NCBI GenBank assembly: GCA_049510215.1
Contig: JBEKZD010000002.1
Span: 30,167-94,166 of the forward strand
Origin: Verrucomicrobiia bacterium
GTDB taxonomy: Bacteria; Verrucomicrobiota; Verrucomicrobiia; Palsa-1439
DNA length: 64,000 nt
Direction: 5' to 3'
Notes under the pieces: model-generated
Databases searched by the model: none
What the model was told of the DNA's origin: nothing
The model's input: the letters and a program-made list of their open reading frames with translations, nothing else
Program-made: the position numbers and the translations under genes
Shown here: positions 1-9,384 of the stretch, piece by piece
Layout of the letters: each line of letters opens with the position of its first letter
Position numbering within the stretch: position 1 is the first letter of the stretch

Positions 1-501
1 CCAGAAGCCGCCCTCGCGGGTGCGCGGCTGGGTGTCGAGTTGCTTGCGCAAGAGGTCGGCGGCCTTCCGATAGCGCTCCTCCTTCGTCAATTGGCAAAGC
101 GCCAGCACGGTCTTGCCCGGATTGATGTTGTCGAGGCTGTAATCCTCGGCCTTGTAGCCCCGGACCCTGCCGTCCGGAGTGATGAACGAACCGATGGCGG
201 TCTTGGCGAACTCGACGTAGCGCGGATTGTTCACGCGCTCGTTGAGTTTGAGGAGTGAGAGAGTGAACAGGCCGGAGGTGTAATCCCATTTGGCGCGACC
301 GCCTTCCTTCCAGGCCAGGCTGTCACCACGGCGGGCCATCTCGGAATCGGCCATGCGAACCGACCACTGTAACGGGGTGGCGCCTCCGAACCTGGCGGAC
401 GGCGCCGCCACGTTGGTTTGCGCCGGGCAATGCAACTGGAGCACGCCCAACAGGAGAACTGAGGCGACTGTGAAACGCGGAAACATGCGCAGTGGTTTCA
501 T
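1..501 (-). CDS. Glycoside hydrolase family 105/88-like (unsaturated rhamnogalacturonyl/glucuronyl hydrolase), N-terminal 167 codons; gene runs off the left edge
   Basis: Own translation of the minus strand from ATG at 501: MKPLRMFPRFTVASVLLLGVLQL (signal peptide)...AKWDYTSGLFTLSLLKLNERVNNPRYVEF...PRTREGGFW. It stays open to position 1, so it is absent from the ORF track. The WDYxxG and EGGFW blocks are typical of YteR/GH105. Confidence 0.6.
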   Translation of the reverse strand, partial: MKPLRMFPRFTVASVLLLGVLQLHCPAQTNVAAPSARFGGATPLQWSVRMADSEMARRGDSLAWKEGGRAKWDYTSGLFTLSLLKLNERVNNPRYVEFAKTAIGSFITPDGRVRGYKAEDYSLDNINPGKTVLALCQLTKEERYRKAADLLRKQLDTQPRTREGGFW

Positions 502-675
502 TGTGGTTGACTCGAAAAGCTAACGTTGCTGTTTGGTGACCGATACGGCGCAATCGTCATCAGATTGTCGCAAAACCGATTCCGCATCAATTCCATTCTA
601 AAGCGCGAGTGGGTGACCCCCTGCTCAGGCGGCGGCGGTGAACGTGGCGGACTGCCCCGGTAAAACCGTCTGGCT

Positions 676-1551
676 CTACGGCTGCTTGCGAATCGAGGGA
701 GGCGTTGAAGCCGGTGCCACCTCAACCTTCACCTCGTTGAGGGTGATCTTCGATGCCGAAGAGCCGGCGCCCGACGGACGGAGGGCGATCCCATCAAAGT
801 TGAAATTGGTTGCCACATTGTCCGTCACGGATGTCGCAAGGGCCGCGCCGCTCGCAATATTCGACCAAGTCGCGCTGATTACGAGCGCATTCGTTCCCGT
901 CCGCTGAAGCGCCAACTGCAGGATGTATCGAGCGCCGTTTGCAAACCCGGCAAATGCGTTGAAGTTGCCAGGGCCGGTGCCCAGTGATGTCCAATCCCCG
1001 CTCGTTCCCAGAAGCGAAGCGCCCATAGTCGTGCGCTTACGAATGTCCATCGGCGCGGACTTGGCGAACGTTGCTCCCATGTTCTGGAACAGCGCGTATC
1101 CTTGAACCCCGTTCCCCTGCGAGCTGCTGCCAAACCGGTCCGCGCTCAATCGCTTGGGTGGAAGGTTTGAATCGGCAAAATCGAACAGCCCCAACCTGAA
1201 CCCCTGCGACCCGTTCGCCGCTGCCACGCCGTTCAAGGTTAGTCGGAACGTGGCTCTGAGCGTATCCCCGATGCTCAACTGCACGGGACTCGCGGCATTG
1301 GTGGTAAAGTAAGTGATCGCCATGGCCGAGCCGCTGCCGAGCGAAAGGGTCATGGAATGGGCCGCGGCGGTAAGTGATGGGCCACTTGAGGCGTACCAAG
1401 CCGACTGCGTGGGCGGGTTCTGGTTGGTGCGCGTGCCATCGGCCCAAGTATCATCGAGCAGCACAGCGGCGTGGCCGGGCAAGACCTGCCCGAACACGAC
1501 CGTGAAAAGGAGAATGCTCTGGCGCGCCAGCTTTACATGAGTTTTGGTCAT
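676..1551 (-). CDS. Secreted hypothetical protein (beta-rich, jelly-roll-like), downstream of the GH28 gene on the same strand
   Basis: 291-aa ORF with N-terminal signal peptide (ILLFTVVFGQVLPGHAAV). Only 27 nt separate it from the GH28 stop. No catalytic motif recognised. Confidence 0.55.
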   Translation of the reverse strand: MTKTHVKLARQSILLFTVVFGQVLPGHAAVLLDDTWADGTRTNQNPPTQSAWYASSGPSLTAAAHSMTLSLGSGSAMAITYFTTNAASPVQLSIGDTLRATFRLTLNGVAAANGSQGFRLGLFDFADSNLPPKRLSADRFGSSSQGNGVQGYALFQNMGATFAKSAPMDIRKRTTMGASLLGTSGDWTSLGTGPGNFNAFAGFANGARYILQLALQRTGTNALVISATWSNIASGAALATSVTDNVATNFNFDGIALRPSGAGSSASKITLNEVKVEVAPASTPPSIRKQP

Positions 1552-1578
1552 GGATACAGTCTCCCATTGGTTTGGTTT

Positions 1579-4401
1579 TTAGGGTACCACGCGCACGCGG
1601 TAGTAACGCGCCGGGGCGTTCGTCGCGCCGCCGCTATCCACATAGTTGGTTGTCGCGTCTCCGCTGCCGGGGATGGCGATCAACCCGCTGAGGTCGGTGA
1701 AGTTGGTGGTGTAGCCGCCGCTGCCGTCCCCGGCCGCTGCTTGCACCGCGTTGGTGTGGCCGCCCGCTGTCGTCCAAGTGATTACCACGTCGTTGCTTTG
1801 TTGCACTACGGAAATGATCCGCAGCGCCGACAAGCTGTTGGTCGGATTGGTCCCGGCCAGGAACTCGTTCGTGTTGCTCATCCCGTCGCCGTCAGGATCC
1901 GCACCCGCTGCCGCCAATGGATTGGTGGTCGAGCCAAAGTAATTGATCTGCCATTGCTCAAATGCAGTCAGCAACGATGTGACCACCAGGTTCACTTGCC
2001 CTGCCGTGTTGGTGCTGATCGTGTAGGTGTAGCCTGCTGGCGCGGTGCCGATGCTGACGCTGGTGTAGGTCAGCGCGCCGCCGTAGCTGAACAGCATGTA
2101 CGTGGTGTTGGTGAAGCCACCGGCATCGGTGACGTTGAGTATGCCGCCCAAGGTCAGATTGCCGCTCACCACCGTCAGATCGCTGTTGGTGCCCAAGGCG
2201 TATTGCAGTGCCGCGCCGCCGGTGACCACCACGTTGTTGTTGATCGTCAGCGTGCCGACACCGTTGTTGCCGGGCGAGAGCGTCCCATTCACGGTCACCG
2301 GTCCGCCGATGACGCCGCTGCCGCCGAGCGTCGCGCTGCTGACCACTGTGACCGAACCGGTACCCGTGCCGCTGCCCGCGGTGTTGTTGACCAGCAGCAT
2401 CCCGTTGCTCACGGTCGTCCCACCGCCGTAGCTGTTCGTGCCGGAGAGCGTGAATGTGCCGTTGCCGATCTTGGTCAAGGCCACGGTGTGGGGTGTGCCG
2501 CCGCTTGTGCCATTGGTGATCGTCCCGGCAAATGTCGTGTTGGAGTTCAGGGTGCCAATCACGTACGTGTCCACGCCGGGGCCGGCCTGATCGCTGCCGC
2601 GCAGTGTCGATGCAGAGCCACCGGACAGCGCGCCTAGGAAGATCGTGATGTTGTTTGTCGAGCGGTTGTTGATAGTTCCCAACGAACCGTCGTCGAACGC
2701 AGCATTCGCATCGCCCCAGGTATTTGTACCCTGATTAAACTGCAGCGTGCCGCTGTTGGTAACGGCGAGCGTCCCGGTAAAGCCCGAGGCGTCGCCTTGC
2801 AGTGTCAGCAGGCTGTTCGCCGGCAGATTGAGTGTCAGTGGGCCGGAGCCGCTCAGCGCGCCGCTGAACGTGTTGCTGCCGCTGGTAAAGGCGAGCGTGC
2901 TGGCCCCGCTCGGAGCGGGGCTGGCCGAGACGACGCTGAGGTTGTTGGAGAAACTGACCGCGCCCTGGTTGAACGTGAGCGTGCTGCCGCCCAGGGTGAT
3001 GGAACCGGCGCCGAGCATGTTGGTGTCGGTGATGGCAGCCTTCGCGTTGAAGAAGGCCAGCACGATGTTGGTCGGCGGCATGGCCAATCCACCCAGCGTC
3101 ACCAGATTGGTGTTGACCGCGCTGTTGGTGACGGTGACCTGCGCGTTGTAGAGGTTCAACGTGTTGGTCGTGCCGGGCACGGTGATTTGCGAGTCAGTCA
3201 GTTGGATGCCCTGCGCGTTATAGATGTCGAAGGTCGAGGGGGCCGAAATGTTGACGTGACTCAGCACGGCATTGGTGATGGGCACCTCCTTGCGCCCCCA
3301 AATAATGCCCGCAATGCCCCCGCTGGCCACCGTCGCGGTCACGTTGCTGATCGTGATGTTCCGCCAGATCGGGAAGAGAATCGAACCAACTGCCTGCGTC
3401 GAGGCTCCATACGGAGTGACGGTGGTGGGCGTGCCGTATATGCCGCCGCTGCCGTAGTAGCTGTAAATGACAATCGCTCCATGCACGATGTTGGTCATCG
3501 TGATGTTGGAATAGAAGAGATTCTGCGCCACGCTGCTAGTGGTGTTACTGGCCTTCATGCGAATACCGTAGTCGGTGCCGTTGAACGAGCAGCTTGTCAC
3601 CGTCACGTTCGATACTCCGCCCGAAATATTGCTGCCGATCGATACGCCGTGCCCGACACCAAAAGTGCAATTGGTAATCAGAATGTCGGTAGAAACCCCG
3701 CCGCTGCTTCCGATGGCGATGTTGTCGTCTCCGGCATTGATCGTGCAGTTCGACACCAGACAGGTTGTTCCGATCAAATCAATCCCATCGGTATTGGCCG
3801 CGTTTGATGCCGTGGTATTGATGGTGATCCCTTGAATGGTTATGTTGTCATCGGCACCCTTGAACACGATGTGCATCTTCGGCGGGTTTTGTAACGTTAT
3901 GTCCTGAATCAGTACCCGGTGGCAGTTGCCGTTGAAATAAACCATGTATGGCCGCGGGTCGCCGCCCGGCCACCAACCCGAGCCTTGTCCGTCAATCGTG
4001 CCCGACCCGCTGATCTCGACATCACTCACACCAGTGGCTAAGATAAAGTGGTCCGTACTTGTGAAGTTCGCCTTCGGAAGCATCTTCAGTGTCGCGCCGC
4101 TGTCGATCTGCAAATTGATCTGACTGGCCAGCGTGAGCGGGCCGCTCAGATACGTGCCTGCCGGTATTTCGACCGTGCCGCCGCCCGCGTTACTGGCCGC
4201 ATTGATGGTAGCCTGAATCGCGGTGGTGTTATCATTCGTCCCGCTCACCGCGCCATAGCTCGTAATATTAAAGTTCGTCGCGGGGATGGTCGGCAACTGC
4301 GGCGTGCCGGCGCGTGCCAGTGTGGCCATCCCCAGCAAAGCCAAGCCGAGCATCACCACTCTTTTCATGCGTGACAACCCTGAGAACCCAAGCCCGTCCA
4401 T
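1579..4401 (-). CDS. Secreted GH28 polygalacturonase-like domain fused to autotransporter-associated beta-strand repeats and a ~125-aa C-terminal module
   Basis: GH28 signature blocks are present in order: NTDGIDL, GDDNIAIGS, GHGVSIGS, GIRMKA. Later comes the repeat TKIGNGTFTLSGTNSYGGGTTVSNGMLLVNN. The C-terminus has DPDGDGMSNTNEFLAGTNPTN...ARYYRVRVVP. Signal peptide present; the true start may be M12 at 4368. Confidence 0.8.
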   Translation of the reverse strand: MDGLGFSGLSRMKRVVMLGLALLGMATLARAGTPQLPTIPATNFNITSYGAVSGTNDNTTAIQATINAASNAGGGTVEIPAGTYLSGPLTLASQINLQIDSGATLKMLPKANFTSTDHFILATGVSDVEISGSGTIDGQGSGWWPGGDPRPYMVYFNGNCHRVLIQDITLQNPPKMHIVFKGADDNITIQGITINTTASNAANTDGIDLIGTTCLVSNCTINAGDDNIAIGSSGGVSTDILITNCTFGVGHGVSIGSNISGGVSNVTVTSCSFNGTDYGIRMKASNTTSSVAQNLFYSNITMTNIVHGAIVIYSYYGSGGIYGTPTTVTPYGASTQAVGSILFPIWRNITISNVTATVASGGIAGIIWGRKEVPITNAVLSHVNISAPSTFDIYNAQGIQLTDSQITVPGTTNTLNLYNAQVTVTNSAVNTNLVTLGGLAMPPTNIVLAFFNAKAAITDTNMLGAGSITLGGSTLTFNQGAVSFSNNLSVVSASPAPSGASTLAFTSGSNTFSGALSGSGPLTLNLPANSLLTLQGDASGFTGTLAVTNSGTLQFNQGTNTWGDANAAFDDGSLGTINNRSTNNITIFLGALSGGSASTLRGSDQAGPGVDTYVIGTLNSNTTFAGTITNGTSGGTPHTVALTKIGNGTFTLSGTNSYGGGTTVSNGMLLVNNTAGSGTGTGSVTVVSSATLGGSGVIGGPVTVNGTLSPGNNGVGTLTINNNVVVTGGAALQYALGTNSDLTVVSGNLTLGGILNVTDAGGFTNTTYMLFSYGGALTYTSVSIGTAPAGYTYTISTNTAGQVNLVVTSLLTAFEQWQINYFGSTTNPLAAAGADPDGDGMSNTNEFLAGTNPTNSLSALRIISVVQQSNDVVITWTTAGGHTNAVQAAAGDGSGGYTTNFTDLSGLIAIPGSGDATTNYVDSGGATNAPARYYRVRVVP

Positions 4402-4618
4402 GTTCAGTCCTTCTACACGAGAATCATATCCTTTAGCGGGTCCTTTGGCAAGTTCGTGGGGGCCTTTCTTTCATTTCAGTTTCTACTTTCGCTTTCATTT
4501 CTTTGTTTCAAACGGTTTACCCCGGCGACTGCGGGGTCTGTGTTGGAAATCTTTCAAGGCAACTGCGCAAGCCATCCAACTCCGTTTGTTTCCATGGTCG
4601 TCGGCGCTGGTTTTGCCC

Positions 4619-4795
4619 TCAGGGCAATTGCAGGCGATAGAACCTCCCGCCCGCGTTCGGGGCAGCGGGATAAGCGAAAATGAAATTGCCGCTGCCGTCA
4701 AACGTGTTCGTCATCAGCCGCGTCCGGTTGCTCTGCGGCAGCGCGACATCCGCCGAGGTCAGCACGCAACAGATGCCGTTAGGCCAACCCGCAAC
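4619..4795 (-). pseudogene. Relic of a C-terminal beta-sandwich tail (ends ...GGRFYRLQLP) resembling the tails of the GH28 and PKD proteins
   Basis: The last 58 codons of ORF 4619..4945 read VAGWPNGICCVLTSADVALPQSNRTRLMTNTFDGSGNFIFAYPAAPNAGGRFYRLQLP. The upstream part of the ORF is Arg/Ser/Pro-rich nonsense with no signal peptide. Confidence 0.3.
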
Positions 4796-4970
4796 GGTCG
4801 CACGCCATCGTCTGGCTGGCCCCGAATTGGATTCGGGGCTGGCAGGTCTTTTCTGGATCATCCGCTTTCGGTCGCTGCGCGGATCCGCGCAGCCCCGCGA
4901 CTGCGGAGTCGAGGACGCTTTGTGACGCTGGGGCGAAGCTGCCACCGTTGCCGCGTCGGCTCAAGCGTCA

Positions 4971-5714
4971 CTAATTCAGTTGGAACCACATGTTTTGGGC
5001 AATGGGGATTGCGTCCTGCGCAGCAAGCTTCGAATACGGGACGAACTCCACATGGAAATCTCCAAACAGGCAATTCACCCCGCCGCCATGCCGATCGATG
5101 GCCCTCATCCCAGTCGGGTCATTCTTTGGCACCCCTGTCGCGGTCGTTACCAACCCGCCGACGTGCAAGGAGCTTTGGCTACCACCTGAGTCCATGAGCA
5201 ACAAGTAGTCAGCCGGCTTAGATACCAGGTTCATATTAATAAAAATGTTTCCAGACGCGTCTGGTTGCAATGTTTGCCATGCACTACGGCCGAACGGTTC
5301 AGAGGGTAGGGACAATGAGTAGGTGTGGACCGAATTATTCCCAGTTGCCTGACCGATTTGAGCGTCAGTCATCCTCTTCCTGACTGCCGGACAGATCCTC
5401 ATCGTGGACAGCCTCTGCACTGCGTTCCCTCCACCGAGACCGGGCAGGTACGCGTTGGTCCAACTTCCATTTGCAGTATCATCCCAATTATTCCCTCCCT
5501 GCTCATAGAAGAGCTTACCGCCGTAGTCATTGGAGTACATCTGGAAGGCCGCTCCCCATTGCTTCATGTTTGCCACACACTGGACAGTATAAGCCTTCTT
5601 GCGGGCCGAGTTCAATGCAGGCAACAACAAAGCCGCCAGAATACCGATGATCGCGACTACCACCAATAGCTCAATCAGTGTGAACGCTTTGCTCTCGGTG
5701 TGATTGTTTTTCAT
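4971..5714 (-). CDS. Prepilin-type N-terminal cleavage/methylation domain protein, DUF1559 (H-X9-DG) class
   Basis: N-terminus KAFTLIELLVVVAIIGILAALLLPAL. C-terminal HGGGVNCLFGDFHVEFV is an H-X9-DF variant of H-X9-DG. Confidence 0.85.
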   Translation of the reverse strand: MKNNHTESKAFTLIELLVVVAIIGILAALLLPALNSARKKAYTVQCVANMKQWGAAFQMYSNDYGGKLFYEQGGNNWDDTANGSWTNAYLPGLGGGNAVQRLSTMRICPAVRKRMTDAQIGQATGNNSVHTYSLSLPSEPFGRSAWQTLQPDASGNIFINMNLVSKPADYLLLMDSGGSQSSLHVGGLVTTATGVPKNDPTGMRAIDRHGGGVNCLFGDFHVEFVPYSKLAAQDAIPIAQNMWFQLN

Positions 5715-6068
5715 TTTATCACCTATGCCTCCGTTTTTCAGGCGATCGGCGCGAGTTTGCCCCCGGTCTTCGCCTCATCTTTGGCCGCTTTTTTGCTGGA
5801 CGCCGAACGTTGCAGCACACCTCTTATTAAGATGCGTTTTTTTTGCCAGGTTTGCAAGAACTTTCTGACTTTCCAACGACCGCTTTTTGTGATTGACATT
5901 GGGGTAGTGCATACGGTAGTATGTGACGGGTTGTCGGAATATTCGGCTTTATTTCATGATGCGAAGAGGCGTTAGGGTGGGGCGAGCGTCCTCGGCGTAG
6001 GAGTGAGTGGAACGGTGGTAGCGTACCTTAAACAAAACAAGGGGAGAGTATCGTAAAATGGAGAGGTC

Positions 6069-9000
6069 ATGAATACGATGAATCATTTGCGAGCAGCCAT
6101 CCACATATTTCATAAACCGATGGGTTCCAGAGCCACCATCTTCTCCCGTACTGCGCTGGCGCTCGTGCTGGGATTGTTCGCGGGCGCTGGCAAAAGCTAT
6201 GCGCAAACGTCGTTCACTTGGACAAATGGCAACGACGTCTGGGAGAGCTCCACCGCCTGGGTGCAGACCTCCCCCCCCGGCGGCACGGGCAGTTGGCCAG
6301 ACGAAAGTATCGACGGTCTCGACACCGCGTGGTTCACCAACGCCGCCACCCCCTACTACGTGACGCTCAACTGCGGTAGCGAGTATCCCTATGTTGCTAT
6401 CGCGAGCAACATCTTCGCCAACGCTTCTAACACTGCTGCCACCGTCACTTTAGACATGGGCGCGTATCAAATGTACCTCCTCGATGATGGTGCAGCCGCG
6501 GCTCCACGCTTTACGGTTGGCAGCAACCCAGGCAGCACGGCGACCGTTTACCTCGCCTCCAACTCCTTGACCAACTCATATACTACCTACGTTGGGGGGC
6601 TTGTTTGTAACCAAAAGTCTGGAGTCGTCCAGATCGGAAACACTGGTGTCGGGACACTGTTCGTCACCAATGGGACCGTCAATGTGAGCGCAGTATACGT
6701 GGGCATCGGTAGCAGTGGACGAGGAACCCTTGTGATCAGCGGCCCCAATACGGTTTTTGAATTTGGCAACGCTTCGGGCGGGTTCTCGGTCGGCAGCGAC
6801 TCGAACAGCTTCGGGAACTCGGTGATAGTCTCGAATGGAGCAACACTGCGCAATGACGCAGCCGGCACGTTTAGGCTCGGCAGTTCGGCCGGCGGCCTCG
6901 GCTCGAGCAACAACACGTTGGTGTTGACCAATAATGCCAGGTTGATCCTTGGCACGGGAACCGCCACCGTCGGCAACTATTCGACCGCTACCTTCCCCGG
7001 GTCGTACAATAATACCCTGATAGTTCATAGCAACTGCTGGATCGATATGGCCGGTGCTACGACCCAGGCCCACAGCTTTGTCGTCGGCCAGGTCTACGGG
7101 TCGATCCCCGCCACGGGCAATGTGCTCAGGATCATGGCCGGTGGCGGCGCCACCAATATCTCGCGGCTCTGGATCACCGCCTCCAACACGGTGGAACTGC
7201 TGGGCGGGGTGATAGGGGGGGCGGAGACCAACCCTCCAGTGATCGACGGTGGAGACACGACCAACAGCGGCGCGTTCCAAGGCTGGGGCACTTATCTGGG
7301 CACCCTGGCCATCGCCAGTAACGGCTTGTTGGCCACAAGCAATTCGGTCGGCTCGCTGGTCATTTCCAATGCCTTGACACTGCAAAGCGGTTCATCCTGG
7401 AGTTTCCAATTGGGCACAAATACTTTCCCTTTGATCACGAGCAATGTGACTGTCCAGGCCACCACTTGGAACATCAGTGCCGCGCCCGGGTTTAGCACGA
7501 ATACCCCCGGCGTGTACACCAATCTCATCTGGAGCGGTGGCACTCTGACGTTCGTTGGGCCGGTCACGATCGGGAACGCGCCGACGCTTTCGCCCGGGCT
7601 GGCTTACATTATAGATCTGCGAACGCCGGTGGGTCTGGTGGATGTAGTGACGAATTCAGGGGCCGCACCAGTGGCAAGCTTCACCCTCAGTGCGACGAAT
7701 GGCTATCAATACTTCAGTCCGACTTTCACCAACACCTCGAGCGGGTATTATACCAATCAGACTTGGGCCTGGGGTGACGGCGGCACGAACAGCTTCCCCA
7801 TGGTACTGGTCAATCCGACGCATATTTTTACCAACACGGGGAGTTACACCGTCTCGCTCACAATGGCCGGCACATCGGGGAGCAGTAGCACGACCATGCC
7901 GTTTGTGGTCACGGTCAACCCCGTTGTGGTAAACTTCAGCGCCACCACGCTGTGCGACGTTGGCACTCTGTCCGTGCTCTTCAGCAATATGTCACACAGT
8001 AGTAACGGTGCGCTCACGAACCGGCACTGGTACTTCGGGGGTGGGACGCCCGGCACCACCAACATATACGGGACGACCGATGGCGGTACCTTCACGAATA
8101 CTTACCCGGCCAGCGGTGTATATACGGTGACGCTGGTCCGGTGCGGCATCCCCAGCGTTATAGGTTGCGTCACGAACACGCAGATCATCACGGTGCCGTT
8201 ACCGTCACCGACGGCCAGCTTCACGGCCAATCCGACGAATGGTACGGCGCCGTTGACAGTGACGTTCACCAATACCTCAAGCGGCACGGTCGGCGGCGCC
8301 TCTTGGAGCTTCGGGGATGGCGGCACGACGAACTTCACCGGAACCAACAATGTGTCGCATACGTACACCACGTTTGGCACCTATACGGCGATGCTGGTCG
8401 AGACTGGTGGGTGCTTCGGTGTTGCTAGCACGAACACGCAGACGATCACGGCGATGTCGTCGGGGTGCACGCCGCCGTGGGCCAGCTTCTCGGCCAACAC
8501 GACGAGTGGCTCGCCGAATCTGCAGGTGATCTTTACCGACAACTCGACCGGGACGGCCAACAACGTCTATTGGACGTTCGGTGATGGCAACTCGGCGACC
8601 AACGCCGCACCGACAATACCGTACAGCGTGACGAATACGTACACCACGGGCGGCCACTATTCGGTCACTCAGATCGTTGACAGTGGTTCTTGTGGTGTTA
8701 GCACGAACGGACAGCCGAATCTGATCTGGGTGTACTCGGCGTGGGAAGCCTGGCAGAAGCAGTACTTCGGCTGCATCGGCTGTTCGCAGGCAGCGGGTAA
8801 CGCGGATTTCGACGGCGATGGAATTAGCAATACCAACGAGTTCCTGGCAGGCACCGATCCGACCAACCCCCTGTCGGCGCTGCGGATTATCTCCGTGGTT
8901 CGCCAGGCTAGTACCAACATCGTGATCACGTGGACCGCTGTCGGGGGCAAGAGTTACGTGGTACAAACCAACGCGCCGGCTGCCAACGGCAGCTACATCA

Positions 9001-9128
9001 ACAACTTCACTGACCTCAGCTCCGTGATCAATGTCACGGGCATCGGCCCTACGACCGCCGTTTACACGAATTGGGCGGGGGCGACCAACGTGCCGGCGCT
9101 GTACTATCGTATCCGGCTGGGGCCGTAA
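6069..9128 (+). CDS. Large secreted protein with four PKD repeats and the shared C-terminal module
   Basis: Signal-like N-terminus. PKD units such as ASFTANPTNGTAPLTVTFTNTSSGTVGGASWSFGDGGTT...HTYTTFGTYTAMLV. C-terminus DFDGDGISNTNEFLAGTDPTN...ALYYRIRLGP. Confidence 0.8.
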   Translation: MNTMNHLRAAIHIFHKPMGSRATIFSRTALALVLGLFAGAGKSYAQTSFTWTNGNDVWESSTAWVQTSPPGGTGSWPDESIDGLDTAWFTNAATPYYVTLNCGSEYPYVAIASNIFANASNTAATVTLDMGAYQMYLLDDGAAAAPRFTVGSNPGSTATVYLASNSLTNSYTTYVGGLVCNQKSGVVQIGNTGVGTLFVTNGTVNVSAVYVGIGSSGRGTLVISGPNTVFEFGNASGGFSVGSDSNSFGNSVIVSNGATLRNDAAGTFRLGSSAGGLGSSNNTLVLTNNARLILGTGTATVGNYSTATFPGSYNNTLIVHSNCWIDMAGATTQAHSFVVGQVYGSIPATGNVLRIMAGGGATNISRLWITASNTVELLGGVIGGAETNPPVIDGGDTTNSGAFQGWGTYLGTLAIASNGLLATSNSVGSLVISNALTLQSGSSWSFQLGTNTFPLITSNVTVQATTWNISAAPGFSTNTPGVYTNLIWSGGTLTFVGPVTIGNAPTLSPGLAYIIDLRTPVGLVDVVTNSGAAPVASFTLSATNGYQYFSPTFTNTSSGYYTNQTWAWGDGGTNSFPMVLVNPTHIFTNTGSYTVSLTMAGTSGSSSTTMPFVVTVNPVVVNFSATTLCDVGTLSVLFSNMSHSSNGALTNRHWYFGGGTPGTTNIYGTTDGGTFTNTYPASGVYTVTLVRCGIPSVIGCVTNTQIITVPLPSPTASFTANPTNGTAPLTVTFTNTSSGTVGGASWSFGDGGTTNFTGTNNVSHTYTTFGTYTAMLVETGGCFGVASTNTQTITAMSSGCTPPWASFSANTTSGSPNLQVIFTDNSTGTANNVYWTFGDGNSATNAAPTIPYSVTNTYTTGGHYSVTQIVDSGSCGVSTNGQPNLIWVYSAWEAWQKQYFGCIGCSQAAGNADFDGDGISNTNEFLAGTDPTNPLSALRIISVVRQASTNIVITWTAVGGKSYVVQTNAPAANGSYINNFTDLSSVINVTGIGPTTAVYTNWAGATNVPALYYRIRLGP

Positions 9129-9384
9129 TGACAGGAGCATAAGATCGATGAGCGCAGCCGTAACGGGAGCAGGCAGACTAACTAAAAACAGTTATCTGTG
9201 TCCACAACTAGATGAACTCACCGGCGGCTGCGCTCACGACTTCCCAGTCTGAGCATGAAGCGCACAGTTCGGTTTTTTGTCGATTTTGCGCTTGACAGGA
9301 CGAGGGGGGTGCTGGTAGGTTAGACGGTGGTAGGTTCATAGGGTATCGTAAACAAGGCGAGGATAAGCTGGAGAGGGAAAAATC

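Noticed and set aside
1471-2637. Long plus-strand ORF (388 aa) overlapping the GH28 gene. Similar mirror ORFs occur at 15630..17225, 22274..23635, 26274..27260, 31842..33113, 33159..34367, 38927..40966, 41097..42221, 42549..43484, 47065..48390, 48761..49927, 56307..57527, 57998..59833 and 61118..62089.
   Set aside because: Each lies antisense to a gene with unmistakable family motifs. Their translations are Arg/Ala/Gly/His-rich with no motifs. These are the typical shadow ORFs of GC-rich DNA.
4456-4945. Track ORFs in the 570-bp spacer between the GH28 start and the prepilin-like gene as intact genes.
   Set aside because: Only the last 58 codons of the minus-strand ORF resemble anything (the FYRL tail). 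The rest is low-complexity, so it is treated as a relic rather than a gene.
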